A stretch of DNA of 49,558 nucleotides from Eubacteriales bacterium (GTDB lineage: Bacteria > Bacillota > Clostridia > Oscillospirales > CAG-272). The notes beneath the pieces were generated by a model. That model was given only the letters and a program-made list of their open reading frames with translations, ran no database searches and had not been told where the DNA came from. The stretch is from assembly GCA_045648605.1 (NCBI GenBank), contig JAZROG010000034.1, positions 1 through 49,558 on the forward strand, in the 5' to 3' direction. The translations under genes and the position numbers were made by a program. This document shows, piece after piece, positions 37,898-46,760 of this stretch. Within the stretch, counting starts at the first letter, position 1, and each line of letters begins with the position of its first letter.

Positions 37898-38431
37898 TCA
37901 ACCTTTCCACAAAATCCTTGACACAAAGCAGGAAAAGAACACGCAAAATATCATCACCGCAAAGGCGCACGGAAAGGCATATTTTGTCTTTGTGACTCCT
38001 ACAGAAGAAAAATATACGCCTAAAATATACACTATAGTATCCGAGCTGCCCATGACCACAGCTGCGCAAAAGGAAGGAAAGCTGTCGGCTCCCGCGCTCT
38101 CCATAAGAGACGAAAAAGACGCCATTGATGCGCTTCCCGAAAAAGGTCTTGTTATGAGCAGCGTCAAAAGCTCGGACGGAATACCGCACCGCGCCGTTAT
38201 CGGCTCAATAAGCGCCTCTAAAGCATCAAGCACCCCCGATGCCGACAGCATCCTGACCCCAACGATTATTGCAACAAGTGACGGAATAAGTCCAAAGGAC
38301 ACCGAAATTCCTTCTTTTGCTCCGTTTTTAAAGGACTCAAACCCGACCTTTTTCCCGAAAAGCAAAAAAGCTGCCACAATACCAACAACCATCGGCACTG
38401 AAAATGCCGCTATTTTTTCTATTATTAGCAT
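37898..38431 (-). CDS. spmB: Spore maturation protein B
   Basis: F.NGAKEG, RPFSGSAS, GSSDTIVYILGVYF.SVG; follows spmA. Confidence 0.92.
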   Translation of the reverse strand: MLIIEKIAAFSVPMVVGIVAAFLLFGKKVGFESFKNGAKEGISVSFGLIPSLVAIIVGVRMLSASGVLDALEALIEPITARCGIPSELLTLLITRPFSGSASMASFSSLMESAGADSFPSFCAAVVMGSSDTIVYILGVYFSSVGVTKTKYAFPCAFAVMIFCVFFSCFVSRILWKG

Positions 38432-38436
38432 AAGGT

Positions 38437-39027
38437 CTATCTACGCACCATCCCACAAGCGCGGCATAGAAAAAGAGCAAGAAATGCACAACTCAAGGAA
38501 CAGATCCATATGGGAAGCACCACCGAAAAAGGATCGCTTGCTCCGGCAATGCGGCGAAGTCCTATTATTGTGGTGGGCAAAAGATTGGCAGATGCTGTAT
38601 TCAGCACAGCAAGGGTTATCATGTCATTTGAAGCCGTATTTGGGTCTCCACCTCGCCTTATGCTGTCGTTATGCAGCTTTTTAATTGCCGAAAGCGCAAG
38701 GGGAGTTGCCGCATTGCCTATTCCAAGAAGATTTGCGCCGATGCAGGCAGAAATTTCTTCACTGCCCTCTCCGCTCCTATACGAGTCAGGAAAAAATAAG
38801 CGAATTATGGGCGAGATGATTTTTGATAGTAATTTTATAGCTCCCGCATCCCGAAGCACCTGCATTATTCCACACCAAAGACACATTATTCCAAGAAGTG
38901 ATACCGTAAGAGAGATCGCTGCCTCCGCCCCCTCAAAAACCGCTCCGCCTATTTCCGTCATCCTTCCCGAATATGCTCCATAAGATATTGAAATAATACA
39001 CATCCCGCCAAAAACTCTTCCTATCAT
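38437..39027 (-). CDS. spmA: Spore maturation protein A
   Basis: GIMCLWCGIM, ANLLGIGNAATP, ASNDMI..VLNTA, PTTII.LR; start after GAAAGGAGA RBS. Confidence 0.94.
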   Translation of the reverse strand: MIGRVFGGMCIISISYGAYSGRMTEIGGAVFEGAEAAISLTVSLLGIMCLWCGIMQVLRDAGAIKLLSKIISPIIRLFFPDSYRSGEGSEEISACIGANLLGIGNAATPLALSAIKKLHNDSIRRGGDPNTASNDMITLAVLNTASANLLPTTIIGLRRIAGASDPFSVVLPIWICSLSCAFLALFLCRACGMVRR

Positions 39028-39121
39028 ACAGCCGCGCTCTCCTTTCGACATTATTTGACACAATATATCGTGGTATAAATACTTTTTTCTATCAAAATAT
39101 CGATTTTTTTATGAAATGCTA

Positions 39122-39150
39122 TTGACAAATAAAAATGGATGATGTATAAT
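39122..39150 (+). promoter_or_regulatory. sigmaA promoter of abrB
   Basis: TTGACA-17 bp-TATAAT. Confidence 0.8.
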
Positions 39151-39205
39151 AAATATACCAAAATATGTAAGTTTTTGGAATAATTTGTAAAAAGGAGTGA
39201 CAAGC

Positions 39206-39451
39206 ATGAAATCAACAGGAATCGTCAGAAAAGTAGATGAGCTGGGAAGAATAGTTCTGCCCATGGAGATCAGAAAGCTGATGGATATCAATATTAAAGA
39301 CTCCATCGAGATCTACACAGATGAAGATAAGATCATTTTGGCTAAATACCATCCGGCTTGTATTTTCTGCGGTGATGCAGAGGACGTGATCTATTTTGGC
39401 GGCAAGAGAGTTTGCCGCTCATGTATAGCAAAGCTTAAGGATCAGTTCTGA
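39206..39451 (+). CDS. abrB: AbrB family transition-state regulator
   Basis: MKSTGIVRKVDELGRIVLP; C-terminal CIFC...CRSC. Confidence 0.96.
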   Translation: MKSTGIVRKVDELGRIVLPMEIRKLMDINIKDSIEIYTDEDKIILAKYHPACIFCGDAEDVIYFGGKRVCRSCIAKLKDQF

Positions 39452-39543
39452 TCTCACATTTATACTATTCTGAATATTTTAGAAATATTACAAAAGAAGC
39501 TGAGCGTGTCGAGACTTTCTCGACACGCTGAAAAGAGGCTGTA

Positions 39544-40458
39544 TCAGCCTCTTTTTTTAGTTTCGTTTTTTTCTCTTATTTTCGCGAGAGCTACATAAAT
39601 TCCGCAGAGCACAATGACCGTTCCGCAAAGAATAGCAAGCATCGCACCTTCGCTTACAGGATCGTCAAAAAAGCAAATCGTGCAGTCCATATCCCTCATC
39701 ATTTCCACTATCATCTCATGGGGAATTCCACTATTTTCAAGCTCCGCAAATGCACCGCGCATGGTATGTGTGCGAGTAAGAGCTGTTCCGTATGTTCCCG
39801 GGAAAAAGGTGAGAACAGTCTGCAAAAAGTCACCGAACTGTGACATGGGCATATACGCTCCGCAGATAAAACCGTAAACAGAGCTTATCACCGACCCAAC
39901 TGCAGATATCTGCCCCTGAGACGAGAGAAACAGATTGATTATAGAAGATAGCGCCGTTCCGAACATGGCAAGGAGAAATACATCAAGAATCAGAAGAGCA
40001 ACATCAGATGCACTCAAGTACCATCCGGAAAAAGCAAGGTAGATAAGACCTATCACAGCGGTGATAAAGCATATTATCAGGGTTGAAGCAAGAGAAGAAA
40101 TATAATACGAAATCGAAAGCACCGAGCTTTTCACGGGAGAAACATTAAAATCTCCACGCACGCCCAAGGCTTTGTCCTGAACAGAGAGGAAATTCGAGCA
40201 AAAAGCAACCGTAACACAGCTTACAGCAAGAAGAGACGAAACAAGCTGACCGCCAACAAGACCGTCAATTATCTTCTCGGAAATCCCAAGGCTTTCGGGA
40301 ATAAATGATACAAATGCGTCCCGATAAACATTGCGAAGAAAGGTCGCATAAAGCACGAGAAGTATCATCGGTGTTGCAAGAGAGGTGAAAAACAGTCCCT
40401 TATCCTTAAAAAATAACTTAATATTTCTGCTCGTAAGTGCAAAAAAGGTGTTCATCAT
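39544..40458 (-). CDS. ABC-2 type transporter permease
   Basis: [10 protein letters not shown], six TMs, GFICGAYMP; coupled to the ATPase. Confidence 0.9.
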   Translation of the reverse strand: MMNTFFALTSRNIKLFFKDKGLFFTSLATPMILLVLYATFLRNVYRDAFVSFIPESLGISEKIIDGLVGGQLVSSLLAVSCVTVAFCSNFLSVQDKALGVRGDFNVSPVKSSVLSISYYISSLASTLIICFITAVIGLIYLAFSGWYLSASDVALLILDVFLLAMFGTALSSIINLFLSSQGQISAVGSVISSVYGFICGAYMPMSQFGDFLQTVLTFFPGTYGTALTRTHTMRGAFAELENSGIPHEMIVEMMRDMDCTICFFDDPVSEGAMLAILCGTVIVLCGIYVALAKIREKNETKKRG

Positions 40459-41357
40459 TTCTCCTCCCTTCTTCTGCCCGTAACAGCAAGGAAAACATCG
40501 TCCATTTTTCCCTTTGTCACCTCAAAATCCTTTATCAGATCCGGATTATTTCTTATCAGCTCTGCGGCAGCAAAGGAATTTGGAATATTAAGCCTGAAGG
40601 CATCTCCCACCGCTTCATATGAATAACCAAAGGACTTTATCTGCTCCTCGCTTGCGCCGTAAACTGTCATAAAATCCCCGGCATATTGATTTTTAAGCTC
40701 ATTTGGTGAACCCGATGCTACGATGCTTCCGCGCTCGATAATGACCACATTGTCTGCTTCTGCCGCCTCTTCCATATAATGTGTTGTGAGAAAAACAGTC
40801 ATGTTTTCCTCGCGGCGAAGCATCGCAACGATCTCCCAAACATTTTTCCTTGTCTGTGGGTCAAGACCGGTTGTAGGCTCATCAAGGATCAGCAAACGTG
40901 GCTTATGAAGAAGCGCACGGGCAATATCTACCCTTCGTCTTTGACCGCCCGAAAGCTTTTTTACAGGGCGATTCATTATCTCGCAAAGGTCAAAAAGCGA
41001 AGAAAGCTCCTTAAGCCTTTCCTCAAAATCCCTTCCGCAAATTCCGTAAAGTGCCGCACGGGAGCACAGATTCTCCCTTACGGTAAGTGCCCTGTCAAGA
41101 ACAGAATTCTGAAAGACCACACCGATAAGGCTCTTGATTTTATCCCCATCCTTATCAATATCAAAGCCGCCGACCCTCACTTCTCCGCCATCACGCGCAA
41201 GCACGCCGCAAATTATCGAAATAGCAGTACTCTTTCCTGCCCCGTTTACACCGAGGAAGGAAAAAAGCTCACCCTCCTTTACGGAGAAGCTCACATCCTT
41301 TACAGCCTCAACATCTCCAAAGCTCTTTTTCAGAGAGTTAATTTCTATTATGTTCAT
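40455..41357 (-). CDS. ABC transporter ATP-binding protein (DrrA-like)
   Basis: [34 protein letters not shown]. Confidence 0.96.
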   Translation of the reverse strand: MNIIEINSLKKSFGDVEAVKDVSFSVKEGELFSFLGVNGAGKSTAISIICGVLARDGGEVRVGGFDIDKDGDKIKSLIGVVFQNSVLDRALTVRENLCSRAALYGICGRDFEERLKELSSLFDLCEIMNRPVKKLSGGQRRRVDIARALLHKPRLLILDEPTTGLDPQTRKNVWEIVAMLRREENMTVFLTTHYMEEAAEADNVVIIERGSIVASGSPNELKNQYAGDFMTVYGASEEQIKSFGYSYEAVGDAFRLNIPNSFAAAELIRNNPDLIKDFEVTKGKMDDVFLAVTGRRREEK

Positions 41358-41430
41358 AGCTTACCTCCCATTGTTGATATCAAAATGATATCACAAACAT
41401 CTCGCATTGTCAATCAGCAAAAACAATTAT

Positions 41431-41940
41431 TTACATTTTGTTAACACAGCCTGAAATCCTTTTAAAAACAAGCTCGGCAGTTTTTTTGATGTGTCCGGGC
41501 AAGGGTATCTCCTCTCCATTCCGCACTATTTTACCTGCCAAAACCTCCTCGCGACTCACAAAATAAAATTCCTTGCTCTCGCCCGAAAGCGGAGATAGCG
41601 GCGTGGCTTCATCAAAATCCTCAGGAAAAAGTGCTATATAAACAAAATCCAGATTCTGAACAGGGTCTTTTACGTTTTCGTGCAGTAAAAATGCGGGACT
41701 CGGAAGAAAAAATCCGTTTATCTCTTCAATTTTCTTGCCGTTTTCATCCGCGAGATATGCTTTTATCCCCGATTCCTCGTAAATTTCACGCAAAACCGCC
41801 TCGTGTGGCAGCTCATGCGGCTGAATATGACCTCCGAGGGGATAAAGCTGACCGAATTTTTTATGCTTGTGAAGCAATATTTTTTGAGTCTTTTCATCAT
41901 ATAAATAGGCAGTTGCCGTCATAGTTCTGTTATAAATCAT
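41431..41940 (-). CDS. Nudix hydrolase
   Basis: Nudix box GGHIQPHELPHEAVLREIYEESG. Confidence 0.9.
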   Translation of the reverse strand: MIYNRTMTATAYLYDEKTQKILLHKHKKFGQLYPLGGHIQPHELPHEAVLREIYEESGIKAYLADENGKKIEEINGFFLPSPAFLLHENVKDPVQNLDFVYIALFPEDFDEATPLSPLSGESKEFYFVSREEVLAGKIVRNGEEIPLPGHIKKTAELVFKRISGCVNKM

Positions 41941-42067
41941 AATAACCTCTCTTTCCTTCAGGTAATATTAACACATTCCGTCACTTTTGTCAACAAAAAG
42001 TGAATATTTTTATATTTAAAAATCCATTCCAATAGGATATAATAGAAAAAAACGGAGGTACAAAAAT

Positions 42068-42501
42068 ATGCTTAAAGGAATACCGAAAATAATTTTCCCG
42101 AGCTTTTAAAGGTTCTTTGCGAGATGGGACACGGAGACAGAATAGTTATTGCAGACGAAAATTTTCCCTCAGAGTCAATGGGAAAGGATGCAATCGTTAT
42201 AAGATGCGACGGCCACGGAGTGCCCGAGCTTCTAAAAGCCATTCTTGAGCTTTTCCCTCTTGATACTTATGTTGAAAAGCCTGTAAAGCTTATGGAGGTC
42301 GTAAAGGGCGACAAGGTCGAAACACCTATCTGGGATGTCTATAAGAGCATCATCGCAAAGCAGGACGCAAGAGGAGCGGATGCGGTTGGAAACATCGAAA
42401 GATTTGCCTTCTATGAGGAAGCGAAGAAGGCATATGCCATCATTGCCACAGGCGAAAGCGCACTTTATGCCAACATAATGCTCCAAAAGGGCGTTGTTTG
42501 A
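42068..42501 (+). pseudogene. fucU: L-fucose mutarotase (FucU/RbsD family), frameshifted near codon 10
   Basis: GGAGGT RBS and MLKGIPKII in one frame stop at TAA (42107-42109); PELLKVLCEMGHGD...ERFAFYE..ATGESALYANIMLQKGV continues in the other frame. Confidence 0.8.
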
Positions 42502-42533
42502 TTTTAAATAGGGATAGTTTCCCCGCACCGATT

Positions 42534-42576
42534 ATATAACAAAAGACAAGGCGATTTGCCTTGTCTTTTGTTATAT
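42534..42576. terminator. Bidirectional terminator
   Basis: 19-bp stem ATATAACAAAAGACAAGGC / GCCTTGTCTTTTGTTATAT. Confidence 0.85.
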
Positions 42577-42584
42577 TCAAAATC

Positions 42585-43589
42585 TTAAAGCAGCTTAATT
42601 CCGCGCTTTTCACATTCAAGAACAACATCCTTTGGCCAGAAGGAGGACTGCACCTCTCCGATATGCGCCTTGCGGAGGAAAAACATACAAATTCTCGACT
42701 GTCCAATACCGCCACCGATGGTATAAGGAAGCTCGCCCGCAAGAAGCGCCTTGTGGAAAGGAAGCGACTTTCTTTCCTCGCATCCACGCTCCTTAAGCTG
42801 TCTTTGGAGCGCCTCCTCGTCAACTCTTATACCCATTGAGGAAAGCTCAAGTGCGATATCAATAACAGGATAATAAACTATCAGATCTCCGTTAAGTGAC
42901 CAATCATCATAGTCGGGTGCTCTGCCGTCATGTGCGCTTCCCGAGCGGAGCTTTCCGCCTATCTGCATAAGGAAGATCGCGCCGTACTCCCTTGAAGCGG
43001 CATATTCCCTCTCCTTTGGTGTAAGGTCGGGATACTTATCCTCAAGCTCCTGTGTTGTGATAAAGGTTATATCCTCGGGCAGGAAGCTTTCGATGAAATT
43101 ATAGTCATCAACGATATAATTTTCCGTGTGACGGATAGCGGCATAGATATTTGTAACCGCCTTTTTCAGAGTTTCAATGGTTCTCTGCTCCTTTGTGATT
43201 ATCTTTTCCCAGTCCCACTGGTCAACAAAGAGCGAGTGGATATTGTCTGTCTCTTCATCACGGCGAATAGCATTCATATCGGTATAAAGGCCCTCGCCAA
43301 CCTTGAAATCATATTGCTTCAGCGCCATTCTCTTCCATTTAGCAAGAGACTGAACTATCTCAAATTTTTCTCCCGAAAAAACCGAAAAATCAACGGGACG
43401 CTCAATACCGCTGAGAGTGTCGTTAAGGCCGCTTGTGGATTCCACAAAAAGGGGAGCGGAAACACGGGTCAGATTAAGTCCGATAGCAAGATCTCGCTCA
43501 AAGAAATCCTTTACCTTTTTAATTGCAAGCTCGGTCTGTCTGACCGTGAGATGAGAGGAATACCCATCCGGTATATAAAGCTTTGACAT
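42585..43589 (-). CDS. asnA: Aspartate--ammonia ligase
   Basis: VQSLAKWKR, GLYTDMNAIRRDE, VDQWDWE, RAPDYDDW, GGGIGQSR. Confidence 0.98.
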   Translation of the reverse strand: MSKLYIPDGYSSHLTVRQTELAIKKVKDFFERDLAIGLNLTRVSAPLFVESTSGLNDTLSGIERPVDFSVFSGEKFEIVQSLAKWKRMALKQYDFKVGEGLYTDMNAIRRDEETDNIHSLFVDQWDWEKIITKEQRTIETLKKAVTNIYAAIRHTENYIVDDYNFIESFLPEDITFITTQELEDKYPDLTPKEREYAASREYGAIFLMQIGGKLRSGSAHDGRAPDYDDWSLNGDLIVYYPVIDIALELSSMGIRVDEEALQRQLKERGCEERKSLPFHKALLAGELPYTIGGGIGQSRICMFFLRKAHIGEVQSSFWPKDVVLECEKRGIKLL

Positions 43590-43645
43590 TTAAACCACCT
43601 CTAATAAAAAATACCCTATTATTTTACCTTTTTTTTCGCCTTTTG

Positions 43646-43893
43646 TCAATCCCCAAGTATGCTTTTTTCGTGTTTAGAGCCTACAAATCCGATTTTTTTG
43701 AAGTCCTCGGGGTTCTTTCTGATGATATAATCTATGTAAGAAGCCACCATTTTTGCGGTGAAGATATATCCCATGGGGTTAAGATGACCCATGAGGAAAA
43801 ATGCTTTGGTAAATTCCGCGTCATATTCGGGACCGTACTTGCGGATATCAAGGGGCATCTCGCCCTCTCTTACATAAAATCTCTTATATCCAT
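43646..43893 (-). pseudogene. Internally deleted, frameshifted remnant (probably SGNH/GDSL hydrolase)
   Basis: GGAG RBS, ATG at 43893 and MDIRDF, then a frameshift into VREGEMPLDIRKYGPEYD...GHLNPMGY...; only a C-terminal GH.N..GY block is left. Confidence 0.55.
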
Positions 43894-44027
43894 ATTTAAA
43901 TTCTCCAAATAACCGTCATTTATGGTGATTATACACCTCTTTTCGCTTTTTGTCAATATTTTGTATTGAAATAATCCGTTTTTTGTGTTAAAATAGATAC
44001 CGTATTATAAAAGAAAGGAGAAAAAGC

Positions 44028-46634
44028 ATGAAAAGACTTACTCTCGGAATTCTTGCCCATGTTGATGCCGGAAAAACAACACTTTCGGAGGCATTGCTCT
44101 TTAAATGCGGCACCATAAGAAAGGTCGGCAGAGTTGACCATAAGGATGCCTTTCTTGACACCTTTTCGCTGGAGCGCGAAAGAGGAATAACCATCTTTTC
44201 AAAGCAAGCACTGCTTAATTTTTCTCCCGAATGTCAAATGACTCTCCTTGACACCCCCGGTCATGTGGATTTTTCGGGGGAAGCGGAAAGAACGCTAAGA
44301 GTTCTCGACTATGCAATTCTCGTTATCAGCGCATCGGAGGGTATTCAGGCGCACACCTCCACCATCTGGCAGCTTCTTATGCGCTATCGGATACCAACCT
44401 TTATCTTTATAAACAAAACCGACCTTCCCTCCCCCATAAGAGAGGTCACCATGCGCGCGCTGAAGGATCGCTTTGGCGACGGCTGCATAGATTTCGGAAG
44501 CGAAAGCATGAAAGAGGAGATATCTCTTCTCTCCGAGGAGCTTCTTGATGACTATATCGAGGGAAGCTTAACAGATGAAAGGCTTGATGATGGAATAAAA
44601 GAGCTTATCGCATCCCGTCGTCTTTTCCCCTGCTTTTTCGGCTCGGCACTTAAGCTTTCAGGCGTTGATGAGCTTTTTGAAGTACTCCAAAAATACACCT
44701 TACAGAAAAAATACTCCGAAAAATTCGGAGCAAAGGTATATAAGATAACAAGAGATGAGAGCGGAAACCGCCTCACCCACATGAAGATAACAGGCGGTTC
44801 TCTTTCTGCCAAGACCGTGCTTGACCTTGGGGATGACAAGAGCGAAAAGGTCGATCAGATAAGAATATATTCAGGCTCGAAATTCACCCCCTGCGAGAGA
44901 GTAGAGGCAGGTCAGATATGCGCGGCAACAGGCTTGGAATCCACATATGGAGGTCAAGGTATCGGAATCGAAATGGAGTCCCCCGAAACGGTTCTTGAGC
45001 CTGTACTAACATACAGAATAATCCCGCCAAAGGACTGCAATGTGACCGAGCTTTATTCCTTTATCCGCCGTCTTGAAGAGGAGGACCCCGGCCTTTCCTC
45101 CATATGGAACGAAAGGCTGTGTGAGATACACGTCAAGGTAATGGGCGAGGTTCAGCTTGAGGTTTTGAAGCGTGTTATACTTGACAGATACGGAATTGAT
45201 GTGGATTTTGACGAGGGTAACATCGTCTATAAAGAAACCATCGAGGGAGCTTCGTTCGGAGTTGGTCATTTTGAGCCGCTGCGTCATTATGCAGAGGTGC
45301 ATCTGATGCTTGAGGGCACGGGCGAGGGCAGCGGACTCAGCTTTGACAGCCTTTGCAGTGAAAATCTTCTCGAAAAGAATTGGCAAAGGCTCATTATGTC
45401 TCATCTCGGAGAGAAGCAGCACATGGGAGTGCTTACAGGCTCCCCCATAACAGATATGAGAATCACCCTCATGGCAGGAAGAGCCCACAAAAAGCACACC
45501 GAGGGCGGAGATTTCAGACAGGCAACATACAGAGCCGTCCGCCAAGGACTTATGAGGGCAAAAAGCACACTTCTTGAGCCTTATTACGATTTCAGACTTA
45601 TAGTTCCCGAGGAAAATATCGGCAGAGCCATTTCTGATATCGGACTTATGAACGGAAGCTTTTCACCTCCGGAAATTGAGAGCGAGGGATTTATGCTTCT
45701 TTGCGGATCAGCGCCCGTAAGGGAAATGAGAAGCTATGCAAAGGATGTAAGCGCTTATACAAAGGGAAAAGGTCGCCTTACCCTAAATTTCGGCGGCTAT
45801 AAAAAATGTCACGATGCCGAAAATATCATATCCGAAATAGGATATGATGCGGAGCGAGATCCCGAAAACAGCGCAGATTCGGTATTTTGTGCGGCAGGTG
45901 CAGGATTCCTTGTGAAATGGGACGAGGTTGAAGAGCATATGCACATCGAGGATTTTTACAGAAAAGAGCCCGATGACTCGGATAGCGAAAATACAATTCT
46001 CGGCGGAGGCAGCATAAGCTCAAGAGGTGCGCTGTCTTATGAAGAAAATGTAATAATGGACAAGGAGCTTAAAGCCATTTTCGAGCGCACCTTCGGCCCG
46101 ATAAAAAAGAGAGCCTTGCCACCCGAGAGGGTCGTTCGTGATTACAGCAAGGAAAAGCCGAAAAAGCCAAAGGCATCAAAGGCTTATCTGCCCGAATATC
46201 TCTTGGTTGACGGCTATAATATCATTTTTGCTTGGGACGAGCTGAAAAAGATTGCAGAGGATAATCTCAATCTTGCGAGAAAGCTTCTGACCGACATTCT
46301 TTGTAATTATCAAGGCTTCAAGGATTGCGGCGTCATTCTCGTTTTTGATGCGTATAAGGTGGCAGGCGGAAAAGGCTCTGTTGAAAAGCACGGCGGCATC
46401 CATGTGGTATATACAAAGGAGGCAGAAACCGCCGATGCATATATCGAGCGAGTGACCCTCGAAATGGCAAAAAAATACCGCGTGAGGGTTGCAACATCGG
46501 ATAATCTTGAGCAGATGATAGTCCTTGGACACGGAGCAGAAAGGATACCCGCAAGAATATTCTATGAGGAGGTCTGTCAGGTGCGCCGTGAAATAGATGA
46601 GGAGCTTGATAAATTCAGAAAGCCCAATGCTTAA
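44028..46634 (+). CDS. EF-G/TetM-like translational GTPase fused to C-terminal NYN (YacP/Rae1-like) RNase domain
   Basis: AHVDAGKTT, RGITI, DTPGH, NKTD, SAL; domains III-V (MGEVQLEV, LLEPYY); C-terminal LLVDGYN, VFDAY, ETADAYIE, VATSD. Confidence 0.92.
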   Translation: MKRLTLGILAHVDAGKTTLSEALLFKCGTIRKVGRVDHKDAFLDTFSLERERGITIFSKQALLNFSPECQMTLLDTPGHVDFSGEAERTLRVLDYAILVISASEGIQAHTSTIWQLLMRYRIPTFIFINKTDLPSPIREVTMRALKDRFGDGCIDFGSESMKEEISLLSEELLDDYIEGSLTDERLDDGIKELIASRRLFPCFFGSALKLSGVDELFEVLQKYTLQKKYSEKFGAKVYKITRDESGNRLTHMKITGGSLSAKTVLDLGDDKSEKVDQIRIYSGSKFTPCERVEAGQICAATGLESTYGGQGIGIEMESPETVLEPVLTYRIIPPKDCNVTELYSFIRRLEEEDPGLSSIWNERLCEIHVKVMGEVQLEVLKRVILDRYGIDVDFDEGNIVYKETIEGASFGVGHFEPLRHYAEVHLMLEGTGEGSGLSFDSLCSENLLEKNWQRLIMSHLGEKQHMGVLTGSPITDMRITLMAGRAHKKHTEGGDFRQATYRAVRQGLMRAKSTLLEPYYDFRLIVPEENIGRAISDIGLMNGSFSPPEIESEGFMLLCGSAPVREMRSYAKDVSAYTKGKGRLTLNFGGYKKCHDAENIISEIGYDAERDPENSADSVFCAAGAGFLVKWDEVEEHMHIEDFYRKEPDDSDSENTILGGGSISSRGALSYEENVIMDKELKAIFERTFGPIKKRALPPERVVRDYSKEKPKKPKASKAYLPEYLLVDGYNIIFAWDELKKIAEDNLNLARKLLTDILCNYQGFKDCGVILVFDAYKVAGGKGSVEKHGGIHVVYTKEAETADAYIERVTLEMAKKYRVRVATSDNLEQMIVLGHGAERIPARIFYEEVCQVRREIDEELDKFRKPNA

Positions 46635-46760
46635 TTTTTGTTGAAAATTATACTGTTTTAACGATTTTTCCGTCTGTTTTTTATCGGAAAATGTCATTGA
46701 AAATCGCATTTTTGCGTGATATAATATATAAGCGTTTTGAATTATAAGGAGATGTGGATC

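Noticed and set aside
37698-38684. ORFs 37755-38684 (+) and 37698-38189 (-)
   Set aside because: Shadow ORFs overlapping spmB/spmA and REPIN DNA, with no recognisable motifs.
42090-42110. Programmed -1 ribosomal frameshift in fucU
   Set aside because: No canonical X XXY YYZ slippery heptamer in the zero frame and no evident stimulatory structure; mutation or sequencing error is simpler.
44028-46634. Calling this a tetracycline resistance gene (tetM/tetW/tetO)
   Set aside because: It is much longer than TetM-type proteins, lacks the domain IV YSPVST loop, carries a NYN domain and has no mobile-element context.
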